DNA of 64,000 nt from Thermoplasmata archaeon (lineage in GTDB: Archaea; Thermoplasmatota; Thermoplasmata; Lutacidiplasmatales; UBA184), in contig JBKQNC010000017.1 of NCBI GenBank assembly GCA_052326445.1, positions 129,227-193,226 on the forward strand, written 5' to 3'. The translations under genes and the position numbers were made by a program. Every line of letters starts with the position of its first letter. Within the stretch, counting starts at the first letter, position 1. Positions 34,772 through 44,514 of the stretch are shown piece after piece. The notes beneath the pieces are model-generated. The model was given only the letters and a program-made list of their open reading frames with translations, was not told the origin of the DNA and made no database searches.

Positions 34772-36815
34772 GCGGCGGGGCGCACGCGTTTCCGAAGCAG
34801 ACCAACGCGCGCGCCGGGGTTCCCGATCCCTCGGGAAAGACCTCGCCCGGAAAGGAGAATGGCGGAGGGGGGTGTCCTTCAAAGACCGCGAGGAGCGGCG
34901 CCCAGGTCCGCCGCGCCGTACGCGCGAGGGCCTCCGCTTCCGGGCCCCGCCCCTCGACGATCACGGTGACCGGCTCGGTTCGGGCGAGACCGGCGGCGAG
35001 CGCCGCGCCGGAGGCGAAGAGACCCGAATTCCCCACCCGGTTCGCGATCGGTCCGAGAAGGCTCACGGCCTTCGCCCGCCATTCGTCCTGGTGGAGGAGT
35101 CCGGCGAGGCGGAGGAAGGCCAGGGCGGCTCCGGAGTTCGCGGACAGGTGGGGACTGTCCTCGAGCGGGTAGCTGGCGTCGGAGAGGGCCCCGAGTGCGG
35201 GGCCATCATAGAGCCGCGGAGAGAGGTCCCGAAGCAGTCCGTCCTCGCCCCGGAACTCCCGGTCCACGAGGGTCAAGAGCTGGGTCGCCGGTTCGAGGTA
35301 CTTCGGGTCCGCGAGCGCCGCGGCGAGCTCGAGCAGGCCTCCCGCGAAGGCGACCTGATCCTCGAGGTGACCGAAGCCGTGCCCTCCGTTCGCGTCGACC
35401 CGGTGGGCGACCCCCCGGTCCGGAGCATAGGCGTGCCGGAGGAATCGGTCCGCCGTGCGACGGGCATCCGCCACGACCGTACTGTCCCCCAGGAACTGGC
35501 CCGCCCGCGCAAAGGCTCCCAGGAACCGCCCGTTGATGTCGGCGTACAACGCCCGGTCGACGGCCGGCATGGGCCGTCGGCCCCGCTCCGTCCGAAGCTG
35601 GGTCAGCACCCGGGCGAGCGCCTTAGCAGGGTCCCGGGAGAGGGGACCTCCCTCCGCCGCCTCCGAGAGAGAGAGCATGCGGAACAGGACGTTCCGGTCC
35701 GGGTCGTGGGGCATCCGACCCTCGGTCCCGACCCCGAAGAAGCGGGTCGTGAAGCGGAACTCGTCGGCGTCGAGTGCCGCCTTGAGCTCGTTCCGGCTCC
35801 ACGTAAAGTAGCCTCCGTCGTCGCCGGGAGCATTGTCGGCGTCCTGGCTCGAGCCGAAGCCCCCGGCGGGGTCCCCCAGCACCTCCCGCACCCAGCCGAC
35901 CGTGCCCCGGACCACCTCCTCGAAACGGGGTTCCTGGAATCGCTGCGCCCCCTCGACATACGCGGCGAGGAGGGCGGCGTTGTCGACGCCCATCTTCTCG
36001 AAGTGGGGGATATGCCAGCCTTCATCGACGGAGTAGCGGTGGAATCCGCCGCCGACCTGGTCGTACATGCCCCCGTCCGCCATCCGAAGGAGCGTCTCCC
36101 GGGCGCGCTGGTCGCTCGAAGTGCGCCGATTCGCGAACGCGTCCCAGAGGAGGAGCGAGACCGCAGTCGGATGAGGGAACTTGGGCGACATCCCGAAGCC
36201 CCCATGCACCGGGTCGAAGCTCGAATGGACCTGGGAGATCACGGCGGACAGAAGGTCGTCGAGCGAATCGCTGCCATGCGCGCGGGACGAGCGCATGCGC
36301 TCGAGGGACCCTTGGATCGCTTCCGAGTTCTCCCGGATCCGCTCGGGCTCCTCCTTCCAGAGTCGGGCGACCTCCGAGAGGACCCGCCGGAAACCGGGGC
36401 GGCCGTGCCCGTCGGTCGGGGGAAAATACGTGCCTCCGAGGAACACCTCACCGGTCGGCATGAGGAAGGCGGTGAGGGGCCATCCTCCCTCGCCCGTGAG
36501 CGCCCCGACCTGACGCTGGTACCGCCGGTCGACCTCGGGGTTCTCGTCGCGGTCGACCTTGACCGCGATGAAATGCTGGCCGAGGAGGCGGGCGACCTCG
36601 GCGTCCGCGTACGTTCCCTCGTCCATCACGTGGCACCAGTGGCACCACGACGCCCCGATGTCGAGCAGGATGGGCCGGCCCGTCCGCTTCGCGAGCTCGA
36701 ACGGCTCCGGTCCCCACGGGAACCAGTCGATCGGCTGCTCGGCGGCGGAGCGGAGGTAGATGGACGTCGCCCCCTCGAGACGGTGGGCGCGCGGGCCGGT
36801 CGGGGGGTCCGACAT
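34710..36815 (-). CDS. thioredoxin-domain protein of the DUF255/YyaL (SSP411-like) family
   Basis: N-terminal thioredoxin-like domain with CHWCHVM. C-terminal six-hairpin glycosidase-like domain. ~700 aa. Confidence 0.8.
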   Translation of the reverse strand: MSDPPTGPRAHRLEGATSIYLRSAAEQPIDWFPWGPEPFELAKRTGRPILLDIGASWCHWCHVMDEGTYADAEVARLLGQHFIAVKVDRDENPEVDRRYQRQVGALTGEGGWPLTAFLMPTGEVFLGGTYFPPTDGHGRPGFRRVLSEVARLWKEEPERIRENSEAIQGSLERMRSSRAHGSDSLDDLLSAVISQVHSSFDPVHGGFGMSPKFPHPTAVSLLLWDAFANRRTSSDQRARETLLRMADGGMYDQVGGGFHRYSVDEGWHIPHFEKMGVDNAALLAAYVEGAQRFQEPRFEEVVRGTVGWVREVLGDPAGGFGSSQDADNAPGDDGGYFTWSRNELKAALDADEFRFTTRFFGVGTEGRMPHDPDRNVLFRMLSLSEAAEGGPLSRDPAKALARVLTQLRTERGRRPMPAVDRALYADINGRFLGAFARAGQFLGDSTVVADARRTADRFLRHAYAPDRGVAHRVDANGGHGFGHLEDQVAFAGGLLELAAALADPKYLEPATQLLTLVDREFRGEDGLLRDLSPRLYDGPALGALSDASYPLEDSPHLSANSGAALAFLRLAGLLHQDEWRAKAVSLLGPIANRVGNSGLFASGAALAAGLARTEPVTVIVEGRGPEAEALARTARRTWAPLLAVFEGHPPPPFSFPGEVFPEGSGTPARALVCFGNACAPPLTDPVALRERIAAGVPGAVG

Positions 36816-36925
36816 ACCTTGGGCTCGGCCCCCTCGCTCTTACCGTTGTCGGAGGGGAGGCGGCAGCCCGGCCCCCACCGACGCGCCGTAATCGGATGAC
36901 GGCGGCGTAACCGCGCCGGTTCTTC

Positions 36926-36932
36926 TTATAAA
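36926..36932 (+). promoter_or_regulatory. TATA box (TTATAAA) ~35 nt upstream of the psmA ATG
   Basis: ttcttcttataaaggggg in otherwise GC-rich divergent intergenic DNA. Confidence 0.45.
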
Positions 36933-36964
36933 GGGGGCCTGGGTGCCCGAGCGAGGCGGCACCG

Positions 36965-37720
36965 ATGGAGATGCAACCCGGGCAGATGGCCTACGACCGG
37001 GCCATCACGGTCTTCTCGCCCGATGGCCGGCTGTTCCAGGTCGAGTACGCGCGCGAGGCGGTCCGTCGGGGTGCGACCACCGCCGGCGTCGTGTTCAACA
37101 GCGGAGTGGCGCTCATCGCCGACCGCCGGATCCCGAACCCGAAGCTCGCCGAGGCGGCGAGCCTCGAGAAGATCCACCAGATCGATGAGAACATCGCGTG
37201 CGCGACCGCCGGGCTCGTGGCGGACGCCCGCGTGCTGGTCGATTACGCGCGCCTCGCGGCCCAGGTCAACTGGGTCACCTATTCCGAACCGATGTCGGTC
37301 GAGCTCCTGGTGCGCAAGGTCTGCGACTACAAGCAGCAGTACACCCAATTCGGCGGCGTGCGCCCCTTCGGAACCGCCCTGTTGGTCGGAGGGTACGACG
37401 AATCCGGGATCCGCCTCTTCGAGACGGAACCGTCCGGCTCGCTCACCAGTTTCAAGGCGGCCAGCACCGGCGGCAACAAGGGCCCGGTCATGGAACTCTT
37501 CGAGCAGAAGTACAAGCCCGGCTTGGACCGGGACGCCGCGATCCTCCTCGCTCTGGAAGGGTTGCGCGCGGGTCTCGACGAGGGCGGGAGCCTCGCCCAG
37601 GTCGAGGTCTGCACCATGGACGTGGGCCGGGGCATGACCCGGCTCGGGTCCGACGAGATCCAGAAGTACGCGGCACGCCTCCCACCGGCCGCTTCGTCGG
37701 GACGCGCGAACCGCCCCTAG
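36965..37720 (+). CDS. psmA: proteasome subunit alpha
   Basis: YDRAITVFSPDGRLFQVEYA N-terminus and an Ntn-hydrolase fold. ~250 aa. Confidence 0.9.
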   Translation: MEMQPGQMAYDRAITVFSPDGRLFQVEYAREAVRRGATTAGVVFNSGVALIADRRIPNPKLAEAASLEKIHQIDENIACATAGLVADARVLVDYARLAAQVNWVTYSEPMSVELLVRKVCDYKQQYTQFGGVRPFGTALLVGGYDESGIRLFETEPSGSLTSFKAASTGGNKGPVMELFEQKYKPGLDRDAAILLALEGLRAGLDEGGSLAQVEVCTMDVGRGMTRLGSDEIQKYAARLPPAASSGRANRP

Positions 37721-37739
37721 TCGAGACGGGGACGACCCG

Positions 37740-38435
37740 ATGGTGAAGGTCGAGGACGCCGTCATCGCCCGCTGGGAGACGGGGGGCTCGCGCTTCGAGG
37801 TTCTGGTCGACCCTCTCGCGGTCCAGGACCTCAAAGAAGGCAAGGACATCAACCTCGCCGACAAGCTGCCCCTCGACCAGGTCTATAAGGACGTCAAGAA
37901 GGGCGACAAGATCTCGGAAGAGTACCTCGAGAAGATCTTCCACACCCGCGACTTCGTCGCGATCGCGAAGCAGATCATCCTGAAGGGCGAGGTCCAGGTC
38001 ACGACGGAGCAACGGCATCAGCTCCAGGCCGTGAAGCACCGCCAGATCGTGCAGACGATCGCGCGGAACGCGATGAACCCCCAGACGGGGGCTCCCCATC
38101 CCACGGCCCGGATCGAGGCGGCGATGCTGGAGGCGAAGGTCCACATCGACCCGTTCAAGCCCGTGGACGCCCAGGTCCAAGAAGTGCTGGACAAGCTGCG
38201 CCCCCTCCTCCCGATCCGCCTGGACGTCGTCCGGGTGCGGATCCGCCTCCCGGCGCAGCACTACCCCCGGGTCATCGGCGACCTGAAAGGGCTCGGTCGG
38301 ATCATGGAAGAGCAGTGGATGGGCGACGGCGCCTGGTCCGGGATCATCGAGATCCCCGCCGGCGTGCAGACCGAGCTGTACGAGAAGCTCAACGCCCGCA
38401 CGCGCGGGGCCGCCGAAACCGCTTTGGTTAAATAG
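37740..38435 (+). CDS. sdo1: ribosome maturation protein SDO1/SBDS
   Basis: SBDS N-terminal FYSH domain through the C-terminal domain. Canonical position after psmA in the exosome superoperon. Confidence 0.85.
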   Translation: MVKVEDAVIARWETGGSRFEVLVDPLAVQDLKEGKDINLADKLPLDQVYKDVKKGDKISEEYLEKIFHTRDFVAIAKQIILKGEVQVTTEQRHQLQAVKHRQIVQTIARNAMNPQTGAPHPTARIEAAMLEAKVHIDPFKPVDAQVQEVLDKLRPLLPIRLDVVRVRIRLPAQHYPRVIGDLKGLGRIMEEQWMGDGAWSGIIEIPAGVQTELYEKLNARTRGAAETALVK

Positions 38436-38471
38436 CGAGCCCCGGTCGGACGGCCCGGTGCAACACACACA

Positions 38472-39335
38472 ATGTCCCAAGGTCATCGATCGGGCCACCG
38501 TCGGCGTGGCCGCGAGGATTCGTCCTCGCATCCCTCTGGGGATCGCGTATTAGTTCTCCCCGGTGAGGAGCTCCCGAGCCAGGGCTTGAAGCCCGGCACG
38601 GGAACCTACCGCGTGGGTGGCAAGGTCTACGCCAGCGTGCTGGGCCTATTGTCCCCCCGACCTCCGTTCGTCCAGGTCGTCCCGCTCTCGGGCCGCTACA
38701 TCCCGAAGGCGAACGACACCGTCATCGGCACCGTCACCGACTGCCAGGGAACGTTCTGGCTCCTCGACATCGGCGCGCCCCGTTGGGCCCCGTTGCACAT
38801 GACCGGGACCCCGTGGAAGGTCGATATCGGCGAAACCGACCGGTTCCTGCACGTCGGCGAGTCCGTGGTCGTTCGGGTCGAAAGCCTGGACGCGACCGGC
38901 CGGATCGGCGTCACGATGCTCGGCGACGGCCTCGGCAAGCTCGAGGGAGGGACGATCGTCGTCGTCTCGCCCGCCCGGGTCCCCCGCATCGTCGGGCGGA
39001 GCGGTTCCATGATCCAGACGATCACGCGCCACACCGGCGCGCAGATCGCCATCGGGCAGAACGGGCGGATCTGGGTCGGGGGCAATCCCGACGCGATCCA
39101 GCGGGTGCGGGAAACGCTCCGCCTCATCGATGAGGAGGGCCAGCGGGGCGGTCTCAGCGAGCGGGTCGAGAGCTATCTCGTCGCCACCGATTCGACCGAC
39201 GGCACGGGCCCGGAGGTCCCGCCTCGGGAGAGCGCGCACCGCGACGTCCTCCCTCACGAACTGCCTCCCCCGACGCCCCCGGCCCCGGGGGAGTTCGACT
39301 CGGACGACTCCGACAGCGGGTCCCCCGAGTATTGA
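38472..39335 (+). CDS. rrp4: exosome complex RNA-binding subunit Rrp4 (S1 + KH)
   Basis: N-terminal domain, an S1 domain (GDTVIGTV...) and a KH domain (VVSPARVPRIVGRSGSMIQ). Acidic C-terminal tail. Confidence 0.8.
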   Translation: MSQGHRSGHRRRGREDSSSHPSGDRVLVLPGEELPSQGLKPGTGTYRVGGKVYASVLGLLSPRPPFVQVVPLSGRYIPKANDTVIGTVTDCQGTFWLLDIGAPRWAPLHMTGTPWKVDIGETDRFLHVGESVVVRVESLDATGRIGVTMLGDGLGKLEGGTIVVVSPARVPRIVGRSGSMIQTITRHTGAQIAIGQNGRIWVGGNPDAIQRVRETLRLIDEEGQRGGLSERVESYLVATDSTDGTGPEVPPRESAHRDVLPHELPPPTPPAPGEFDSDDSDSGSPEY

Positions 39336-39356
39336 GATTCCAAGGAGAAAAAAACC

Positions 39357-40109
39357 ATGGGAAGCGTAGGAGCAAAGGACGTCCCGGTCCTGCTGAGCCC
39401 GGAAGGGCTGCGGATCGACGGACGACGATTGGACGAGCTTCGACCGATCCGCATCCAGGCCGGTCCCCTGCACCAGGCCGACGGCTCGGCGTTCGTCGAG
39501 TGGGGCATGAACAAGGTGATGGCGGCGGTCTACGGACCCCGCGAGGTCCACCCGCGCCACCTGCAGCAGAACAACAAGGCCGTCATCCAGTGCAAGTACA
39601 ACATGGCCGCGTTCTCCGTCGACGAGCGGAAACGCCCCGGCCTCGACCGACGCTCCCAGGAGATCTCGAAGGTCATCGCGGAAGCGTTCGAGTCGGTCGT
39701 CTTCGCGGAGGAGTATCCCCGTACCAGCATCGACGTCTACATCGAGGTCCTGCAGGCGAACGCCGGAACCCGCTGTGCGGGGCTGGTCGCCGCCTCCGTC
39801 GCCCTCGCGGACGCGGGGATCCCGATGGCCGACCTCCTTCCCGCCGTCGCGGTGGGAAAGATTGCCGGCAAGATCGCGCTCGACCTCCGGAAGGAGGAGG
39901 ACAACTTCGGCGAGGCGGACCTCCCGATGGCCCTCGTGCCGCAATCGGGCCGCCTCGTCCTGATCCAGATGGAGGGCCACATGACGCCGGAGGAGCTCTC
40001 CCAGTCGCTCGACCTCGGCGTCCAGGGATGCCGTGTCATCTACGAGAAGATGAAGCAGGCGCTCCGCGACCGTTACTCGACCGCCCGCTTCGCCCCGGGG
40101 GGCCAATGA
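39357..40109 (+). CDS. rrp41: exosome complex exonuclease Rrp41 (RNase PH-like)
   Basis: RNase PH domain with the DGRxxDELRP start. ~250 aa. Confidence 0.9.
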   Translation: MGSVGAKDVPVLLSPEGLRIDGRRLDELRPIRIQAGPLHQADGSAFVEWGMNKVMAAVYGPREVHPRHLQQNNKAVIQCKYNMAAFSVDERKRPGLDRRSQEISKVIAEAFESVVFAEEYPRTSIDVYIEVLQANAGTRCAGLVAASVALADAGIPMADLLPAVAVGKIAGKIALDLRKEEDNFGEADLPMALVPQSGRLVLIQMEGHMTPEELSQSLDLGVQGCRVIYEKMKQALRDRYSTARFAPGGQ

Positions 40110-40894
40110 GGGACGAGGTCGCGGCCGAGATCCGGACGACCCACATCCTCGACCTCGCGGCGACGGGCAAACGCCTGGACGGACGCGGTCCGGACGAGTA
40201 CCGGAACGTCGTCATCGAGCCCGGGTTCGTGGAGACCGCGGACGGCTCCGCCCTCGTCCGCATCGGCGACACGGCCGTCGTCGCGGGCGTCAAGCTGGAG
40301 TTGGGCAAGCCGTTCCCGGACACCCCCAACGCCGGCGTGCTCACGACCAACGCCGAGCTCATCCCCCTCTCCTCGCCCGTCTTCGAGCCCGGACCCCCCC
40401 AGCCGGGGGCCATCGAGGTCTCGCGGGTCGTCGACCGCGCCATCCGCGCGGCCGAGGCGATCGACCTGACCCGCCTGTGCGTCACCCCCGGCGAGAAGAC
40501 CTGGGTCTGCTACGTCGACCTCCACGTCATCGACCACTCGGGGAACCTCATCGATGCCGCGATGCTCGCGGGCGTTACGGCCCTCGCCCACGCGATGGTC
40601 CCCGCGAAACGGTTCGGGGTCGCGGAAGCCGACTACAAGCTCGACCTCCAGCATGTCCCGGTCGAATCCACGTTCGTCCGCCTCGGCGAGGCGATCGTCG
40701 TCGACCCGACGTTCGATGAGGAGCAGGCGGCCCAGGGCCGGCTCACGGTCGCGACCGACGAGACCGGGCGGGTCGTCGCGATGCAGAAGGGGCTCGTCGG
40801 CGCGTTCTCTCCGGACGACGTCCGGGAGATCGTCCGGCGCGCGTTCGTGCACGGCGACAAGCTGCGCGCCCACATCAAGGGAGGAGTTCCATGA
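40106..40894 (+). CDS. rrp42: exosome complex subunit Rrp42 (RNase PH-like, inactive)
   Basis: RNase PH-like fold. ATGA overlap with rrp41. Confidence 0.85.
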   Translation: MRDEVAAEIRTTHILDLAATGKRLDGRGPDEYRNVVIEPGFVETADGSALVRIGDTAVVAGVKLELGKPFPDTPNAGVLTTNAELIPLSSPVFEPGPPQPGAIEVSRVVDRAIRAAEAIDLTRLCVTPGEKTWVCYVDLHVIDHSGNLIDAAMLAGVTALAHAMVPAKRFGVAEADYKLDLQHVPVESTFVRLGEAIVVDPTFDEEQAAQGRLTVATDETGRVVAMQKGLVGAFSPDDVREIVRRAFVHGDKLRAHIKGGVP

Positions 40895-41163
40895 GCAAGC
40901 GGACGAAGAAGGTCGGCGCAACGGGCTGGATGGGACCGCGGTACGGCATTCGGATCCGACGCCGCGTCCTCGAGATCTCCCACAACATGGAGCGCCCCGC
41001 CGGGTGCCCGCGCTGCTCCACGATGACGATGCATCGGGTCGCGAGCGGCATCTTCGAGTGCCGACGCTGCGGCGTCCGCTTTGCGTCCAACGCCTACATC
41101 TTCGAGGCGCCCCCGGCCATCACCCGGGCGGAAGTCAAGGAGGCGGCGCCGGGCAACGCTTAA
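40891..41163 (+). CDS. rpl37ae: 50S ribosomal protein L37Ae (eL43)
   Basis: ~90 aa with a C4 zinc ribbon (CPRCSTMT...CRRCG). Confidence 0.9.
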   Translation: MSKRTKKVGATGWMGPRYGIRIRRRVLEISHNMERPAGCPRCSTMTMHRVASGIFECRRCGVRFASNAYIFEAPPAITRAEVKEAAPGNA

Positions 41164-41187
41164 GGTGCCCGACTTGCTCAAAACACC

Positions 41188-41322
41188 ATGTTCCGGTGCA
41201 TCCGTTGCCAGGAGGCCCTGCCCTCCGACGCGAACCTGTTCGGCGTCCGCTGCGACAACTGCGGCGGGAAGATCTTCACGAAGGAGCACCCCAACGTGAA
41301 GAAGGTCCTGAAGGCCCGCTAG
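41188..41322 (+). CDS. rpoP: DNA-directed RNA polymerase subunit P (Rpo12/RpoP)
   Basis: 44-aa ORF MFRCIRCQEAL...VRCDNCGGKIF with a CxxC-N15-CxxC ribbon. Canonical position after L37ae. Below the ORF-track size cutoff. Confidence 0.8.
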   Translation: MFRCIRCQEALPSDANLFGVRCDNCGGKIFTKEHPNVKKVLKAR

Positions 41323-42173
41323 GGCCGTCCCGAACTTCTCCCCTCGACCGGGTACCCCGCTCGGCGGCACGCGGTCACCACGATCCGCCGGTTCTCCCCC
41401 CGCAGGATCGGAAGGCTTGCCTTCGCCGTCAGCGCATAGAGACGGAGCGCCCCTTCGCAGCTCGCCCGCCAGCTCCCGTCCTCCGTTCCCAGCGCGGCCG
41501 CTTGGGCGACCCCGAACTCGGGACCCGCGCGTCGGGCGGTCCGTTCCCATAGACCGTTCTCGGTGTCCCGCAAGAGTTCGAGCTCCATGGCGCGGAGCAT
41601 CGCCAGGTGGTTCGCGAGCAGGTTCCGCTGGACCGCCGCCGTCGCCCGCTCCCCGGTCTCCATCGCCCGGAGGAGCTTCGCCACCTCCTCCGCCCACCCG
41701 GCGAGCTGGTCAGCGACGTACGCGTCCCGCTTCCGTCGGATGCGATCCCAGCGGAACGCCCGCGCCTCTTTCTTCAATCTCTTCGCGATCCCTGTCGGGT
41801 CGCGCAGAACCTTCGCGACCCGCCAGCCGGGCACGGCGCCGTCGAGCCGAGCCGGATTCCGCATCTCCCCGCGGTCGTTCACGGCGGTCGTGTATCGGAC
41901 GGTGACGAGCCGCCCCTGCCGCTCGAGGTTCCGGTGGCGCTCCTGGGCCCGTCGGCCGACCACCCATACGTCCACGTCCGACCCGGTGTGGGCGTCTCCT
42001 CGGGCCCAGCTTCCCGCCAGCAGGACCGCGGACCTTCCTCCTGGGTCGAGCTCCGGAAGAAGGCGGCGGACGAGCCGCACCACCTCCCGATGCTCGGCCG
42101 CAGTCGCCCTCGGGTTGGGGGCTCGGCCGGTGGGCCCGGCGGGGAAACGCGGGGAGGCCCGGGGTCGCGCCAT
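41319..42173 (-). CDS. nucleotidyltransferase-domain protein (KNTase-like: MNT domain + helical C-terminal domain)
   Basis: GSWARGDAHTGSDVDVWVV is the Pol-beta-type NTase motif. It is followed by a ~170-aa helical domain. Antisense to the surrounding superoperon genes. Confidence 0.65.
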   Translation of the reverse strand: MARPRASPRFPAGPTGRAPNPRATAAEHREVVRLVRRLLPELDPGGRSAVLLAGSWARGDAHTGSDVDVWVVGRRAQERHRNLERQGRLVTVRYTTAVNDRGEMRNPARLDGAVPGWRVAKVLRDPTGIAKRLKKEARAFRWDRIRRKRDAYVADQLAGWAEEVAKLLRAMETGERATAAVQRNLLANHLAMLRAMELELLRDTENGLWERTARRAGPEFGVAQAAALGTEDGSWRASCEGALRLYALTAKASLPILRGENRRIVVTACRRAGYPVEGRSSGRP

Positions 42174-42258
42174 CGGGAGCCGGGAGGGGATTCTGACGAA
42201 AAAGCCCCTCTAGCCCCTCGCCGCCAAACCGTTTCCCTTTCGGCACGTTCGGGAGACT

Positions 42259-43608
42259 GTGAGCAAACCGACCGTACGCTTCCTGGGAGGGGTCCGGGAG
42301 ATCGGGGGCAACAAGATCCTCATCGAGGACGGTCCCGACAAGGTCCTGTTCGACTTCGGACCGTCGTTCTCGCCCCGGATGGAGGAGTTCTACGTCGACT
42401 ATCTCCAGCCCCGGACGACCAACCCCGCCAAGGACCTGCTCGAGTTCGACCTCATTCCCCGACTCTCGGGACTCTACTCGAAGGAGGCGCTCGGGGACTC
42501 CGACCTCCCCTACACATCCCCCGAGGTCAACGCGATCTTCGTCAGCCACGCGCACGCCGACCACGCGGGCTACCTCCACCTCGTCGACCCCGAGATCCCC
42601 GTCTTCGTCGGCGAAGGGACCCGGGCGCTCCTCGATGCGATCGAGCACTCGACCCGGATGAAGTACGGCGACCATGCCTGGAAGGTCTTCTCGGACGGCG
42701 CTCCGGTCCGCGTGGGCAAGATCGAGGTGGTCCCGTTCCCCGTCGATCACTCGATCCCGTTCGCCTACGGGTTCCTGGTCCGGACGAGCGAGGGAACGCT
42801 CGCGTACACCGGCGATTTCCGTCATCACGGCCCCCGGGCCGCCGACACCCACCGGTTCTTCCAGGCGGTGGCGAAAGAAGGCGTCGACGCCCTCCTCATC
42901 GAGGGCACGCGGGCCGGGCCGGACCCGCGACGGAACCTGACCGAAGACGGCGTGCGGCGCGGCGTGGACAAGGTCCTCACCGACCATCACGACCTCGCGC
43001 TGGCCTGCACCTATCCGCGCGACATCGACCGGCTGACCACGCTCCATGCCGCCGCGACGGAGGCGGGACGGGACCTCGTCATCTCCGTCCGCACCGCGCA
43101 CCTCCTCACGGCCGTCGCTCCGCAGTTCCCCGCCGGGACCCTCCCGGTGCCGGGACGGTCTCCCAACCTCCGGGTCTACGCCCGAAAGAAGCGGACCACG
43201 TTCCTGTGGGAGCGTCCGTTCCTCGACACCGCGCTCACCGCCGAGGAGGTCCGGGGTCGGGGGCGGCAGTACCTGCTGGCCCTCGACTTCGCCCACTTCC
43301 CCGAGCTGATCGACCTTCGGCCGGCGAAGGAGAGTCCGTTCATCCACTCGATGAGCGAGCCGTTCAGCGAGGACGATGTCTCCGACCACGTCCTCCACAA
43401 CTGGCTCGACCACTTCGGCCTGCGATTCCACCAGATGCACGCGAGCGGCCATGCGTCGGGGGCGGAGCTGCTCGACCTCGTCCGAACCACGCGGGCACGG
43501 GCCGTGTACCCGATCCACACCGAGCACCCCGAGGCGTTCGACGTGGCGGGCCCGACCGTCCGTTCGCCGGAGCTGGGCCGAGCGTACCCTATCGCCGCTT
43601 CTCGCTAA
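42259..43608 (+). CDS. beta-CASP metallo-beta-lactamase ribonuclease (archaeal RNase J-like)
   Basis: MBL motif HAHADHAG plus beta-CASP His/Asp motifs. ~450 aa. GTG start. Confidence 0.75.
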   Translation: MSKPTVRFLGGVREIGGNKILIEDGPDKVLFDFGPSFSPRMEEFYVDYLQPRTTNPAKDLLEFDLIPRLSGLYSKEALGDSDLPYTSPEVNAIFVSHAHADHAGYLHLVDPEIPVFVGEGTRALLDAIEHSTRMKYGDHAWKVFSDGAPVRVGKIEVVPFPVDHSIPFAYGFLVRTSEGTLAYTGDFRHHGPRAADTHRFFQAVAKEGVDALLIEGTRAGPDPRRNLTEDGVRRGVDKVLTDHHDLALACTYPRDIDRLTTLHAAATEAGRDLVISVRTAHLLTAVAPQFPAGTLPVPGRSPNLRVYARKKRTTFLWERPFLDTALTAEEVRGRGRQYLLALDFAHFPELIDLRPAKESPFIHSMSEPFSEDDVSDHVLHNWLDHFGLRFHQMHASGHASGAELLDLVRTTRARAVYPIHTEHPEAFDVAGPTVRSPELGRAYPIAASR

Positions 43609-43611
43609 CCC

Positions 43612-43654
43612 GAGCGTTCCGTCCGTTGGCCCACCCGCGCGACCGTTCCGTCCG
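43612..43654. repeat. two copies of a 14-nt direct repeat GA(G/C)CGTTCCGTCCG, 29 nt apart, between RNase J and radB
   Basis: Read directly at 43612-43625 and 43641-43654. Confidence 0.3.
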
Positions 43655-43796
43655 GATGACCGCGGAAAGGGTCGGTGCGTTGAATCTCTCGGCGGAGCCA
43701 AGGGGAAGGGTCCCCGGTCCAGGAGGGTATGCCCCGCCCGACGGCGTGCCCAGATACTTCCACAGTTGCTAAGTCGCCGGGCTCCTCTCGAACCTC

Positions 43797-44480
43797 GTGG
43801 AACCCGACCGTCTACCGACCGGGATCGCCTCGGTCGACCGCCTCTTGGGGGGCGGACTCGAGACCGATTCCGTCACCGAACTCTACGGGGAGGGCGGCAG
43901 CGGGAAGACGCTGTTCTGTCTCCAGGTCGCCTACCGGGTCGCCCGGGAAGGCCGCTGGGTCTTCTACGTCGATACCGAGGGGGTGAGCGTCGACCGGTTG
44001 CGCTCGATCGCCGGTGACAGCCTCGAGAAACTCCTCAAGCGATTCCTCCTCTCGACCCCCAAGACGCTGGACGAGCTCGGCGCGGCGGTCCGGACCGCGT
44101 GCGCGCTCGCCCGGGAAGGGAAGCGACCGGTGGGCCTCCTCGTGGTCGATTCGGCGACCTCCTACTATCGCCTCTCGCTCTCCGGACCGGACGAGGACGA
44201 TGCGCGCCAGGCCCTCTCCCTCGAGATCGCCGAGCTCGTCCGGACCTCGCTCGAGGCGCACGTCCCGGTCGTCTTCACGAACCAGGTCTGGCGGAGCATG
44301 CAGAAGGACCGCCTGGAACCGCTCGGTGGCTCGTTCCTCAACCACGCCGCGAAGACGATCCTGTTCTTCGAGCGGCTCTCCGGGCCCCGCCGTCGGGTCG
44401 TGCTCATGAAACACCGGGACCTCCCCGAGGGCTCGGCCGAGTTCCGCATCACCTCGAGCGGATTGGACGGCGGCGGTTGA
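43797..44480 (+). CDS. radB: DNA repair and recombination protein RadB
   Basis: Short RecA/RadA-like ATPase: Walker A GEGGSGKT and Walker B LLVVDS. ~227 aa. GTG start. Confidence 0.85.
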   Translation: MEPDRLPTGIASVDRLLGGGLETDSVTELYGEGGSGKTLFCLQVAYRVAREGRWVFYVDTEGVSVDRLRSIAGDSLEKLLKRFLLSTPKTLDELGAAVRTACALAREGKRPVGLLVVDSATSYYRLSLSGPDEDDARQALSLEIAELVRTSLEAHVPVVFTNQVWRSMQKDRLEPLGGSFLNHAAKTILFFERLSGPRRRVVLMKHRDLPEGSAEFRITSSGLDGGG

Positions 44481-44514
44481 AACGCCATAAGGCCGCCCGC
44501 CCTGCTCACTTTCG

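Noticed and set aside
34668-36899. 743-aa plus-strand ORF antisense to the DUF255 thioredoxin-domain gene
   Set aside because: No recognisable motifs and R/E/G/P-rich. The opposite-strand gene has clear CHWCH thioredoxin and hairpin-glycosidase-like features.
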